This document shows, piece by piece, positions 42,149 to 54,605 of a stretch of DNA of 64,000 nucleotides (the stretch's first letter is position 1; the number at the start of each line of letters is the position of its first letter). The notes under the pieces are model-generated. The model made no database searches, had not been told where the DNA came from, and saw only the letters and a list, made by a program, of their open reading frames with translations. The position numbers and the translations under genes were made by a program. This stretch comes from Azolla caroliniana. Its lineage: Eukaryota > Plantae > Polypodiophyta. The stretch spans positions 9,176,001 to 9,240,000 of the forward strand of contig JBHGNT010000006.1 in assembly GCA_043228905.1 (NCBI GenBank), given 5' to 3'.

Positions 42149-45100
42149 TGAGGCTCCTCACATGGAATGTTCAGGGCTTGGGAGGTCCCTTATACCGAAG
42201 ATATAGAGGTAGGTTAAGGCAGGAATTACAAAAGTGTCTCACGAATGGATCGTTGGACATTATGATGTTTCAAGAACATCATTTGAATGAGCAAAGAATA
42301 AGGAACTATGGCACTATATTACCTGGTAGTTGGGAGATGTTTTGGTCCCCGACTATTGGCACTAGTGGTACACAAGGCGGGGTGTGTATGGCAATTGCAC
42401 ATCATTGGAAATCAAGTATTATATGCAAAGAGATCATTGTGCCAGGAAGAGCACAATATATTGTATTACAAGATTTACATACAACTTGGGGTTACTTGAA
42501 TATCTACGCGCCAAATCATGCATCGGCTAGGAAACACTTTTGGTGTGAAATTACAAATGCATTACCAAATGTGTCTCATTGGTGTGTTGCAGGGGATTTT
42601 AATATGCTTGAGGACCCAGAGGATAGGAAAGGTGGGAGTGTTTCAACAATTCATGGGGAGGAATTAGCAGTATGGGAACGGATGTGTTTGAAATTGAGTA
42701 TTTTGGATGCATGGCATATGCCTAATGTTTATAGATCTCAGAATTCCTTGAGTTTCTCACGTTCGGATAGGAGAATAGCTGGAACCAATCTTTCAAGATT
42801 GGATAGATTTTATGTGGGGGAGGCCTTTGTCTTAAATGGGGGAAATATCACTATTATGCCAGGCACAACTTTCTCTGATCATGCTCCTGTTATATTGAGA
42901 ACCTTTGGGCAATCGAAAAGGGAGTCCATACGATTTAGGATACCCGAAAAAGTAATGTTACATGATAGATGGTATAATCAAGTGACAGATATTTGGCAGA
43001 ACAAAGATAATATGGATGCTCCCATTACAATCAAAGTGGCTTGTGCTTTGACGGAGATATCACAATATTTTGCGTTAAAATCAAGATCTGAATATATGGA
43101 ATATCTGGAGAAGGAAAGAAGGATGAGGGCAAGATTGATATCTTTGCAAAGATTGCAACAGGGTCGACCAGAGTGTGCGTGGATAGCTTCACATCTTGAA
43201 GAAGCCCGAAAACAAGTTCAACATATGGAAGAATGTCGTAGTCAATTTAGGTATCACAATTCTGTTTCAAGATGGACGCAAATTGGGGATAGATGTACAA
43301 AACAATTTTTTAATATTAAAGGCCCCAAAAGAGTCTCTAATGTAACCTGTTGTTTGCGGAATGAAAATGGCGAACTTGAAATGGATCCAAATGTTGTGCG
43401 GGTAATTGCCACGAAATTCTACGCTACCCTTTTGTCAGAAGAGCCTATCTCTGAGGAGATAAGCCAAAATAGAATGAAGGTCTGGGCGGAAATTCAACCC
43501 AAGGTTACTCAAGCAATGCAAGATTCATTGTTGTCACCTATTACAGAATTGGAGTTGGAACAAGCGCTACACTCTTTATCGGACAATAGTTGTCCTGGAG
43601 TGGATGGACTTACACCTAAATTCTACAAGAAATATTGGGGGATACTGAAGAAAGACTTAAAAGATGCTTACCAACATATGTTTGAAAGTGGAGAGATGCC
43701 CATGTCGTTATCTGAGGGGCTTATTTATCTTATACCTAAAACAGAAGGAGTTTCAGAAGATATTCGTAAGTGGAGGCCAATCACCCTCTTGAATACTAGT
43801 TATAAGCTATTTGCAAAGTTGCTTAGTTCTCGGTTACAAGAGGTATTACCAAAGATAATTCATGTATCGCAAACTGGTTTTATGAGGGAAAGGAGTATTA
43901 TGGATAATGTTTTTACATTTTGGGAGGCTACTGCAGTAGCGGTAAAAAACAAACAAAATCTAGCCGTGTTGCTTTTAGATTTTGAGAAAGCGTATGATAG
44001 GGTTGACTGGAATTTTTTGGAAGGTACTATGCATCACTTGGGCTTCAACACGGCATGGATTAAAGGTGTTTCTTGTCTTTATAGAAATGCACACAGTCAG
44101 GTGTTGTTGGCAGGTGGAGTAGGACCTCGTTTTAACATTACTCGATCAGTTCGCCAAGGATGTCCACTTGCACCATTTTTGTTCCTTCTGTTTGCGGAAG
44201 CAATGCATGCATTTATATCATCACAATCTATAGGCTTGCGTGGTTTGGCAATGCCAATGCATGGACAAGATATATTGGACTCGGAATTTGCAGATGACAC
44301 TGCATTATATGTGGATGGGACTCTAACGAATTTGCAACAAGTACAAGGGGCTTTGTCACAGTTTTGTATAGCGTCTGGAGCTAAGTTAAATTGGGAGAAA
44401 ACTGTTGCATTTTGGGTAAGCAAGGAGCCGCCGCCTTGTTGGGCACCGCATCATACTTTCCAATGGACTCAAAGAGGAGTTGCGGTTCGATATCTTGGAG
44501 TGCAGGTTGGGATTGATTTGGTTCCAAAATTACATGCTGCACCATTACTATTAACTTTGAGGAAAAAATTATTCTTGTGGAGTCATGCTAAACTATCTTT
44601 GGCCAGTAGAGTGATAGTTGCCAACCATGTGCTACTATCTACGGTGTGGTATATAGCCTCATCTTGGATCTTTTCAAAATCGTGCATTGGACAAATTCGA
44701 AGGCTGGTTAGGAATTTTATATGGGCTGGGGAAGATAAGAGTCATGTAAGAGCGAAGGTGGCTTGGAGTACATTGATAACCCCAAAACAATACGGTGGTT
44801 TGGGGATTATAGATCCATTAGACCAATGCATGGCCTTGTTAGCAAAACTAATAATTCGTGGCCTTTTACCAGGACATGCTCCTTGGAAGCAATTACTTAT
44901 GCAAAGATTGTATAGTTGTGCTCCGGCGATGGGTGGATTATGGGCTGATAGCATAAGGTGGATTTTTATACCAGACAAGAAACATGTTATGTCTAGGAAT
45001 TGGGAAGACAAATTTTTTAATGGTCTTCTACGAGCATGGGAGCATGTACATAAAGGGTTGGAACATGGTGTACCAACATGTGAGGACGAATACTTGAGAC

Positions 45101-46494
45101 AAAACTTAGTGTGGAATCCGAATATGCGTTTGCCATCAGGGCACATGTTGGGGTCCCGAACGCGATTGGATTGGGCCAAGCTCGATGTAGGGCCAGGAGC
45201 GTCCGTTGATGCATGGAAATCATTTCATACTCTGAATATAAATGACAGATCAGAATTCTTGTCTTCCTTGAGAGGGGGGCTGATTATGTGGGACCAAGTG
45301 CAGTCAGTTTTGGGGCACTCTGACGTTACGATATGGTCCTTTAACCCTCCCAAGTGGGAAGGAGCATTTACGAGGCTTCAAGTGCTTGTGGGGGTAAGGG
45401 GACATTTGTCTTGCGGACGATGTCAAGACTATGAGGTGGAGGAAGATGGCAGTATAAGTAGTGCAACGATACAAACAGAGATCTTGCAATATGCTACATT
45501 TTCTAAAATAAGGGTCCTTGCTTATGACGGATCTAAGTGGCTCATCGACCCACAAGTTGAGGCGGTCAAGGAGCATTGGAAACTGAGAGTTTTTGAAAAG
45601 AAACCTTTGATAAGGTTGCAATGGGATTCGGGAGAATTTTGGTGGAAAGATCCGTTTGATCGTATGGGAAAAAGGTATGGTTTTTTTCAGTATTCAGTTA
45701 AGATGGGACGACACATTTTGGCAGCTCAACGTAGGACTACACCACGAGCTAGTCAATTTTGGAACCACCAAGGGATCACATCGGAATTCCTAACAAAGTT
45801 TTGGGGAACATTATGGAAAAGGAAGCAAGATATGAAAATAAATGTCTTCCAATGGTTAGTAATACATAGAGCATTGCCAATTGGCCAATGGTTGCAACAA
45901 TCAGCTGCACCGACCGCATGCATCTATTGTTGTTGTCAGATGGAGACATTGAAACATTGCTTGTGGGAATGTCATGCTGCACAGCAAGTTTGGAGGCGAG
46001 TGTTCCGAGTTCTTGCCTTTATGTTTAGGGATTGCAGTTTTTCGTGGGGTATGGTAGTATGGGCCACAGTGGCACAAGTGGTGTGGCCATATGATGCATG
46101 CCCAAATGACACGATTATTAGAATTCAAAGAGGAAGGATAATGGCGGTGCAGCAAAGTCAAATGGAGGCTCCTTACATGTTAAAGACAATGCAAGAGGTA
46201 TGGGAGCTACTATGCACCACCACAATGTGGTTTATTTGGACTGCTAGGTGTTCTAAGGTGTTTGGTAATACTACTATTCATCCAGTGGAAAGTACACGGA
46301 ATGTCTGGATGGAGATGGTACATACCTTGAAAGGACAGTATGAGGATATTAAAGGTGAGACAGATGTTGCAGTGTTGCAACGTCTCGAATTTATTGTCTA
46401 TTGGAAGAAGACCCCTTTTCTCACAATACAAAATTCAAGACCTAAATGGTGCTTAGCGCCACCAGTATGGTTGTTCCCACCACCAATCACATAA
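42148..46494 (+). CDS. LINE ORF2: APE endonuclease, reverse transcriptase, zf-RVT
   Basis: MRLLTWNVQG, QEHH, NIYAPN, GDFN, SRLDRF, SDHAP (APE); WRPITLLN, LDFEKAYDRV, VRQGCPLAP, FADD, RYLGV (RT); C..C....ETLKHCLWEC. The ATG at 42148 overlaps the ORF1 stop (TGATG). Confidence 0.95.
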   Translation: MRLLTWNVQGLGGPLYRRYRGRLRQELQKCLTNGSLDIMMFQEHHLNEQRIRNYGTILPGSWEMFWSPTIGTSGTQGGVCMAIAHHWKSSIICKEIIVPGRAQYIVLQDLHTTWGYLNIYAPNHASARKHFWCEITNALPNVSHWCVAGDFNMLEDPEDRKGGSVSTIHGEELAVWERMCLKLSILDAWHMPNVYRSQNSLSFSRSDRRIAGTNLSRLDRFYVGEAFVLNGGNITIMPGTTFSDHAPVILRTFGQSKRESIRFRIPEKVMLHDRWYNQVTDIWQNKDNMDAPITIKVACALTEISQYFALKSRSEYMEYLEKERRMRARLISLQRLQQGRPECAWIASHLEEARKQVQHMEECRSQFRYHNSVSRWTQIGDRCTKQFFNIKGPKRVSNVTCCLRNENGELEMDPNVVRVIATKFYATLLSEEPISEEISQNRMKVWAEIQPKVTQAMQDSLLSPITELELEQALHSLSDNSCPGVDGLTPKFYKKYWGILKKDLKDAYQHMFESGEMPMSLSEGLIYLIPKTEGVSEDIRKWRPITLLNTSYKLFAKLLSSRLQEVLPKIIHVSQTGFMRERSIMDNVFTFWEATAVAVKNKQNLAVLLLDFEKAYDRVDWNFLEGTMHHLGFNTAWIKGVSCLYRNAHSQVLLAGGVGPRFNITRSVRQGCPLAPFLFLLFAEAMHAFISSQSIGLRGLAMPMHGQDILDSEFADDTALYVDGTLTNLQQVQGALSQFCIASGAKLNWEKTVAFWVSKEPPPCWAPHHTFQWTQRGVAVRYLGVQVGIDLVPKLHAAPLLLTLRKKLFLWSHAKLSLASRVIVANHVLLSTVWYIASSWIFSKSCIGQIRRLVRNFIWAGEDKSHVRAKVAWSTLITPKQYGGLGIIDPLDQCMALLAKLIIRGLLPGHAPWKQLLMQRLYSCAPAMGGLWADSIRWIFIPDKKHVMSRNWEDKFFNGLLRAWEHVHKGLEHGVPTCEDEYLRQNLVWNPNMRLPSGHMLGSRTRLDWAKLDVGPGASVDAWKSFHTLNINDRSEFLSSLRGGLIMWDQVQSVLGHSDVTIWSFNPPKWEGAFTRLQVLVGVRGHLSCGRCQDYEVEEDGSISSATIQTEILQYATFSKIRVLAYDGSKWLIDPQVEAVKEHWKLRVFEKKPLIRLQWDSGEFWWKDPFDRMGKRYGFFQYSVKMGRHILAAQRRTTPRASQFWNHQGITSEFLTKFWGTLWKRKQDMKINVFQWLVIHRALPIGQWLQQSAAPTACIYCCCQMETLKHCLWECHAAQQVWRRVFRVLAFMFRDCSFSWGMVVWATVAQVVWPYDACPNDTIIRIQRGRIMAVQQSQMEAPYMLKTMQEVWELLCTTTMWFIWTARCSKVFGNTTIHPVESTRNVWMEMVHTLKGQYEDIKGETDVAVLQRLEFIVYWKKTPFLTIQNSRPKWCLAPPVWLFPPPIT

Positions 46495-46659
46495 CTTGGT
46501 TAAGGAGTGGTGGAGTGTTGAGGGATGGGACCTAAGGAAGAATGCACCAGATCAATGGTAGCTTGATGGTAGGTCAATTTTTTGTAATGTTGTTCATAAC
46601 TAATGAAAGGATATTTTTCCCGGAAAAAAAAAAAAAAAAAGTTTGAAGATTTCCATGAT

Positions 46660-47150
46660 AATTCAGTTAAATGCATCTTCAAACCAAATGCCACATATAT
46701 GCACCCCATTCGATCATGAACATAGTCTTTTCCTAATCTTCCAATGCCATATTGACACACTTGATTAAATCGGTTGAAGCCCTTCACACACTTGTACATT
46801 TCATGACCACTGCCCAATAGGAGCAACACATCATATGCATGCAAACAACATATGTATCTCTTGGGTACAACATATGCATATATAGCATGAATACATACTT
46901 GCATGTTTTCATATATACATACATCATGTGCATAGATTTACACAGATATATGATCATGTTAGCATAATTGCATAAATGTACACACACATTCATGCCATAT
47001 GTGCACAGATACACATGATTGTTTTTTTATGGTAACTCACATCCAACATTCCAAGCAAGATGTGGTAATCTATGAATGTAATGTGAATATTTATATGGAT
47101 CTAACACTTGTTTCTTTGTGTAAGATTCTTTCAACACACTTCCCACTTGG
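46660..47150 (-). mobile_element. Possible copia 3' LTR relic on the minus strand
   Basis: Minus strand reads CCAAGTGGGAAGTG|TGTTGAAAG (PPT followed by an LTR start) at 47150-47128; the other boundary was not found. Confidence 0.35.
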
Positions 47151-47599
47151 TGGAGTTCTTCCTCTCGCATGAAGATCATCATTTGGGGAGTTCATGTTGG
47201 TGTCTACCCTATTGCCACTAGGAGGAAGGGATGGGTGTCAATAATTTCTTAGCCATTAGCGGGGCATTAATGACCACCAATGAACTCATCATTAATCTAT
47301 CTCTAAAACTCGCATAAAGAACATAACTAAGAATTAATGAATTTTCCCAATAGACTTAAGTTTTATATAATTAAGAAATTAAATGCAAAGAAATCACGAA
47401 AGGTCAAACATCATGCTTCGATTAGTTATACTCCATAACACGTGCATCAGGACTTTAGATAGATTACTTAAGCCCTAAGCAGGATCATTAGGGTAAAATT
47501 ACATATTAGTGAGAGAAAGAGAAAGAAGAGCTCTAGTCTAAGTGATGAGAAAGTGAAGAAGAAGAAGAAGTATCAAAAGGCACAAAAGGGACTTTTATT

Positions 47600-48320
47600 A
47601 TCATACACAATATTTTAGGCCTTTTGGCAGCAAGATAGCTATTCAAGGTTTATATACGTTTTCCTTTTTTATTACATGTAGAATTGTCTCTTTGCACCAA
47701 AGCGAAACTCATGGTTGTTTGGAAACATAAATGTTTAAGTGTTTCCAATAACTTAACCTAGTTGGAGGTGGTAGATTTAACTCCCAATTGTCTCCTTAAA
47801 AACATCTATTGAATCTTCTCAATCTCATTCAATGCATTAAGATGAATAGTGCCACCCCACACTTCAACTCCATAAGTAAGACTTGAGTTACCATGGCATT
47901 AAATAACATTGATCTCACTTCCCATCCATGAGTATGTATCACTTTGCTTGCATGGTTTCTCCAATATGTGACTTTTCCAACTACCTTGAAACCTAGATGC
48001 AACGCATACACTCCACTTATTAGTGGTGGGTACGTCAATACCAAGATACTTAAAAGCTTTGCACAAAAGATACATGATCTCCCTTATATGTAAGCCGATG
48101 TATCGACGAGGGTGGATGGCTTGCACTACCATCATTTTTGTTTTATTGACGTTCACAATTAGTCCACTACATTAGCAAAATTTGTCTAATGCTCCAAGTA
48201 AATGTTGCATAGCATAAACACCATACACATATAAAAACAATAAGATAACTTGTTGCATAATTTTTAGAGCATCTAATCCTTCTCTTGCCTGATTCACCAC
48301 TCTTTCCAATTTACCAATGC
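47600..48320 (-). pseudogene. Degenerate non-LTR (RTE-like) reverse transcriptase fragment
   Basis: GLIVNVNKTKMMV...FKYLGIDVP, typical of non-LTR RT domains 6-7; frameshifted. Boundaries approximate. Confidence 0.6.
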
Positions 48321-51300
48321 ATACATGTGGTAGTCAACATCCAAAAAATGTAGGAAGAAAACCAAAGAAAATTCCTCATTGAGAGTTTATCACAGGTTGG
48401 CTAATGAAGTCAATATTGAAAGAAGTTTTGACTCTCCTTAGTCAGAGACATGATTGCATAAGGTACTTTAACATTTGTGTATTTTGTAAACATGTTTTGA
48501 AGTTCAATTTATAATTAGAGTCTAGAGGTTAGTATTTTAAATGAGTTTTTCAAACCCTTAAAAGCACATTGATCTTGCTTTCACATGAGCCCCCCCCCCC
48601 CCCCCGCTTAGCCACATGTCCAACCATTGTAAATGTTGACCAAATGCCATAGGCTACTATAACCTCACATCTATAAACAAAAATAAAATAAATAAATCTA
48701 GTGCATGCTTTTCATTTCCACAATCTGCTCATATTGTTCCCTCTTAATTGATTCATTGTTCCTTTTCGCTTAGTTGAACCTATCTCTTATTCTTTGTACC
48801 CTTCCAATTGGCCATAGACATGTGCAACATAATGCCAATGTAGTTTCTGATTGAGTTCATGTGAATGTGCACTCTACCACAAGGAGCAACAAACTCATTG
48901 GCAATCCAAACAAACCGAGACTACCTTGTAGAAGCTGAAGTGATTGTTAAGACAAATGATCTCCATATAGTTGACATGATAATGACAATAGCGTTGTAGA
49001 TATGTTGTCAATGCAAAGTTAGAAGAGGAAGGCAACTTACGATTGGATGAAGTTTTATTCTTAACCAGGAAAGAGCACGAGGATTATCTTCTTAAGTTTG
49101 GATTACAATTGAAAGTGCTACAACAAGGAGGGTGTTCAATATGGAAATTCTTCCTAACATTTACGCGTCCTAAGAAATTCGAACTCAACCAAGATAGATT
49201 ATGGTGAACTTTCATCGAATATGTGTTGGTAGGTATGCTTGTGTTGGCTAAATCTTGGCAGATCAAGAAGAGCTAGATTTTCATGAAGGTAGAGAGTTCT
49301 TCTTAGACCTCAGGATTTGACTCTCATTAACGACCTACAATCTAGAAGCCAAAGTATAATACTAAAAGAGGCCATAATTCAAAAGGTAAAGCATTGGTGA
49401 ATGTATGTAGGGGAAAGTTGGTTATTTCCTACAACTTCTTCACATTGTGTTGTGTGGTAGAACTATCCACAATATTGTCACCTATTACATGCCCATTGGG
49501 CTTATGGCGGGACATAAACTAGTGAGCCCATCAAGAATCCGATTTCTGTGTAGGCTATGTTGCCATGGAAAGAAATGATGTTGGGGGATGAATTGGTCGT
49601 AATTCAAAGTCAATCAATGGAGGTTGGGTTTGTTGTTCAATGACAACACGAGGCCGTTTGACATCATAACAAAAACAAGTTTGATAAGAGACATTGTGTA
49701 CCACTAAGGAAGATTGAAGAAGGTTGCAAGTTGGCTTACCAATGGTTCCAACCATATGAAGTATGACAAGCCTATAATGACAATACTTTGGGTGTTGATC
49801 ATGAGGAAATTGGTTCAGAAGATCTACAAGAAGAGACAAATGTCATACCCTTTTACGACTCTAGATTATGCTAAAGAAGATTTAGAAGGGTGTGAATGCA
49901 AAGACTCGATGAAGATGAGGGACTTTGATAGGAAGGCACGTATGCATGTATGAGAGAATGTGTGGGTTCAATAGTGGTGAGTGTTGCGTTGCCATCAATA
50001 TGCAGTGTGCACCAATGCTAAAATGATGCAATCTACAATCACAAATGAATGGATGTTGGTTGAAGAAGATATGACATTTTAGTATGTGATGACATTACTC
50101 AAATGTGTAAACATTGAAATTTATTAATGTAAACTTATACAGAGGATAATAACTAAATAAAGCTAGTCTTGATTCTTACACAAAGGTGCCATGTGGCCAC
50201 TAACAATCGGCAACGGTTTGGTTCACGAACTGTTTAAAAAGTTTGAAACTTGAACCGAACCTAATCGAACCAAGAAACCATTTGAACCAAAACTGTTTAA
50301 ACCAAATTGTTTAAAAACATCCAAACTGTCTATTGATATTCCGCGGAGGTGCGTAAACTGGGAGGCCATTGGATAGATATTCCGCGGAGGAATATATTTT
50401 GGGAGTTAGTGTAGGGGCTCATTGATGAGCATTGAAGTACGAGTCAATACTTTTGTCAGTCCATATGGACTTGTATAAAAGTGCTCTCTGAGCACATCCT
50501 ATGTCAGAGTTTTAGAGTATTGTTTTGGAATAGAGTTTTCTGTGTTCTGCTCTCTCTATCTCTCCCGTGTACGTTGTGTTGATTAAGCTTTCCATTAAAC
50601 CTCTCTTGTCTTTTTTTTGTTGTTACCCGGTTGTGTCTGTTAAGCTTCCGCACATATTCTTTTACATGGTATCAGAGCGCGAGGGTTGAGATCCTCTGCT
50701 GCTGACAAACAAACAATTCCTAATCATGGTGAAGAACAACAGAAGGAAAGAATGGACAGAGGAATAGTTAGCTCACTTCTGATGGAGAAGCTCGACAGAA
50801 GCAACTACGCATCTTGGTCGTACAAGATGCACCAGTACTTGCTTGGGCATGGCTACTAGAGTTATGTCGATGGAGCTAATGACGTAGCACCCGAATTGAC
50901 ACACAGAGTTTTCCCGGCTTGGGAATAGGCGGCAAGCAAAGTTCTCTACTGCTTTGCATCTTGTGTGAGTGATTAGCTTTTGAGCTACATTCAAGATGCA
51001 AGGGCGTCGAAGGATGCTTGGGGAAATCTAAAAAAGATTTTCGCCGCGAGCACCACAACCAGAAAGCTCCAACTTAGGCAAGAGTTGAGCAATGTTTGAC
51101 AACGAGATATGCCGATGGCTGATTACACCTACAAGATCAAGGACATCTGTGACTCTCTCGCCTCCGTCAATGTAAATGTCGAGGAGGACGAAATGGTGCA
51201 GGTCTGCCTCGGAGGGTTAGCGTTGAAGTTCGGAGCATTCCAAACTGTGGTTTGTACAAGAGAGAATACACCGTTGTTTTTCGACGTACAGTCGATGCTC

Positions 51301-54216
51301 CTAGTAGAGGAGAACCACGTGGGTGCGTCAATGAGTACACACTCCGACATCAAGATGTTGTACATGGAGGAAGATAGGCCCCCTGGTCGTGGCGGACGAG
51401 GCGCGTCGGTGCGCAATGGAGGCGACTGACATGAGCAAGATGGAAGGCATGGTCGTAATGCCAACAGTAGTTCCGGACCCTCCAGAAGCAGGGGGAGTCA
51501 AGGAGGCGCCGAAAACCGGCAAGGAAAGCCTGCCGTAGAATGCTGGTATTGTGGCAAGAAATGCCGTAGGGAGAGCGAGTGCTGGAAGAAACGCGCCGAT
51601 TCGGAGAAAACCGCATCCAGCTCCGAGCGGACCGAACAAATAAATTGGCAGCGATTGCACTATGCCGAAGGCTCCGAACAAGCCGAAAATGGATCAAGCC
51701 CAGTCTTCGGAATGAAGCACAAAACCAATTCGATGGTGGTGAACACCTCGAAACCGAACGAGGCATGGTATGTTGACTCCAACGCGTCAAATCATATGAT
51801 GAGTCACGAGGAATGGTTCTCGTACTTGGAGAAACCGGAAAAACAAGGAGTGGTCAAAATTGGAGACGACACTCCGCATACCATCGAACATGTTGGTGAA
51901 GTTCCTCTCAGCCATGTTGGGCAGAAAAGGAAACTCATGAACGTGCTACACGTCTTGACAATAACGAAGAACCTGGTGTCGGTTGGACACATCGTCGACC
52001 AAGGGATGCAAGTTCGATTCACGCATCTTGGTTGCTACATTGAAGAAGAGGGGAAAGTCATTGTGCAAGGGCATCAGGAAGGGAGGATGTTCATCGTCAA
52101 CACCAATGATGTCGGAACCACGTTGTTTGCGAAAGGATAGAAGGTCGAGTCGGACATCGACCTATGGCACAAGCGGTTCAGCCATGTTAACTGCCCACGA
52201 CTTTGTGAAATGCAAACGAAGAACATTGTTTTCGGATTGCCGAAATTTATTGGCCGGAACAGCCAAGTTTGCGAAGCCTACCTGCTCGGGAAGCAACACC
52301 GAGTTCCATTCCCCAACGAGCATAATTGGAGTCACATGACTTGTACTTCAAGAAGAAGCCGAACTTGGCACACTTGAGGGTTTTCGGTAGCATCGCGTAT
52401 GTGCATGTGCCGAAGGAGAAACGGAGGAAGTTGGACGCCAAAGCTGAGAAGTGTATCTTGGTTGGCTACTTGGATGAACAGAAGGATTATAAGTGTTATA
52501 ATCCCTGAACCAAACAAGATCGCGTAAATCATGATGTTGTGTTCAACGAGTCCACGTTGTGGTACTTGCCTTCGCCTCCAACCCCTGACGACTCCATTCC
52601 GATCTCTAACGAAGAGGTCAGTGAGGCATCGGAGATCTTGAAGAGAGTCTGATCTCATTCAGGCCAAGTGGGCCGAATGAGCGACTGAGTCGGCATGACC
52701 AGTCAGATGCAGAGGTGGAGAATAGTGGAGACTCGGTCGTGCATTCCTCATGCAGGAAGCTGAGGAGACTGTTTACGTGCAAAGAGAAGGGAAAGAAGAA
52801 AATGTCAGAGTACAACACTAATAAAGATGAGTCGGATCGAAGTGAATCCAACTCCGAGAAGAATGAAGATAGACCTTCGGAAACGAAGTCCGCGTCGGCC
52901 AAGAGTGCCTCAAAGTCGGCTAATGAGCAATTAGGCAGATCTACCTGCCATAAGAACCCCGTGGTGCGGTTTGGATACAAGTACATGGCGCATGATTATG
53001 CGTACATGATGCGAGTGGTGGAAATGCGTGACCCAGAGAGCTACGCAGAAGTGGTGAAGGACGCAAATTGGCGTCCCGCAATAGAGGAAGAGATGCACAC
53101 ATATGCGGAAAATGAAACTTGGGACCTAGTGCATGCCCCGAAGGGTGTAAAGCTGATTGGGTGCAGGTGGGTGTACAAGGTCAAGTACAACACCGACAAC
53201 TCTGTCAACGGCCACAAGGCCCAGTTAGTGGCGAAGGGATATACACATCAACCCAGCATTGATCACGATGAGACCTTTGCGCCAGTCGCGAAGATGACAA
53301 CCGTCCATGTCCTGCTTGCAGTAGCCACGGTAAAAGGGTGGCATTTACATCAGATGGATGTAAAGAATGCGTTCCTGTAAGGAGAACTTGAGGAGCAGGT
53401 GTACATGGTACAACCACCCGTATTTCAGTCCGAAAAGAACACCTCTGTGGTATGTCGACTGAAGAAGTCCCTCTACGGACTAAAGCAAGCCTCGCATGCA
53501 TGGAGCGTGAAGGTCACGCAGCGCCTGCGTTGCAAGTCTCTTCATTGTTCACCCGGAAAATATGAAATCGCCATGTAAAGTCCCAGCTCGCGACATCATT
53601 CGACATGAAGGACCTAGGAGACCTTCATTACTTCCTAGGATCTAAGTGATCTGCACCCCTGAAGGCATACTAATCAGCCAACGACATTACATGCTAAGTA
53701 TGCTCTTCAAGTTCGGGATGGCAGACTGTAAGTCCATCTCAACTCCTCTGGACAGAAACGTCAAGCTTCGCCGAGATTTGGGAAAGGTGTGTGACCTGAC
53801 ATGGTTCTGACAGATTATCGGAAGCCTAATTTATTTGACGATCACTCGGCCGGATCTCAGTTACCCGGTCGGCCTGATCAGTCAATTTATGTTGCAACCC
53901 ACGAACAAACACCTTCAGTTCACGCATAGGATATTGTGTTATGTCTGCGGCACTAAGGATAAGGCACTGTTATATCGGACCGGTATTGCCGCACAACTCG
54001 TTGGCTACTCGCATTCCGATTGGGCCGAAAACGCTGTCGTGAAGAATGTGCTTCACGATATAAAAATGAACTTAAGTATTTGAGACACTTGAACCCACAA
54101 CCTTATAAACCAAGCACAATGTATATACCACTAGGGCAGGCTATTTGTTTTTAAAAATGTTGTCAAGAATGTGCTTCACTATATAAGAATAAACTTAAAT
54201 ATTGTATTAAGTAAAA

Positions 54217-54280
54217 TTGAGGGACTTGGACCCTCAACCTTGTATATCAAGCACAAAGCATACACCACTAAGGTAGGTTA
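54217..54280 (-). promoter_or_regulatory. tRNA-like Pol III module inside the gypsy LTR, antisense (further copies at 54081-54143 and 57108-57171)
   Basis: Minus strand: ...CCTTAGTGGTGT (A-box-like), TTGTG-CTTGATA-TACAA (anticodon-arm-like), GGTT, GAGGG-TCCAAGT-CCCTC (T-arm; the other copies have GGTTCAAGT). No convincing acceptor stem. Confidence 0.6.
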
Positions 54281-54542
54281 TTTTTTTAGGGTTATATCCA
54301 TCATTATACTTATCCCATATATATTTTCATACATGGGAGCTCAAATGAGCATGATGGCTATCATGCATCACATGCAATGCATGTGCGCCAAATGGCGATC
54401 ATGCATAACTCATTCATTACATGCATGCCATGCTCCTACACATTACCATATGCATGGCAAAACTTATAAAAAGAGGGGAAAGGGAAACAAAAGAAATCAA
54501 GAGAGAGAGAGTGAGAAAATAATATAATCAAGTAGAGAAGAT

Positions 54543-54605
54543 TAGCTCATTAGGTGGAGAACCTCTCGTTTCAAATTTGAGGTCGTGGGTTCAAATCAAG
54601 GGTCG
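54543..54605 (+). promoter_or_regulatory. tRNA-like Pol III module inside the gypsy LTR, sense (further copy at 57839-57900)
   Basis: TAGCTCATTAGGTGGAG (A box) ... GAGGTCGTGGGTTCAAATC (B box) at tRNA-like spacing; the 3' LTR copy has TAGCTTGTTGGT ... GGTTCAAATCC. Confidence 0.6.

Larger units (their letters stand above)
40380..46640 (+). mobile_element. Full-length, near-intact L1-clade LINE
   Basis: TSD (AA)GTTTGAAGATTTCC at 40364-40379 and again right after the A17 tail (46624-46640); 24-nt 5' leader; ORF1 and an uninterrupted ORF2. Confidence 0.95.

Noticed and set aside
54217-54605. Calling the LTR modules functional tRNA genes
   Set aside because: No convincing acceptor stems, and the anticodon loops differ between copies; reported only as tRNA-like promoter modules.
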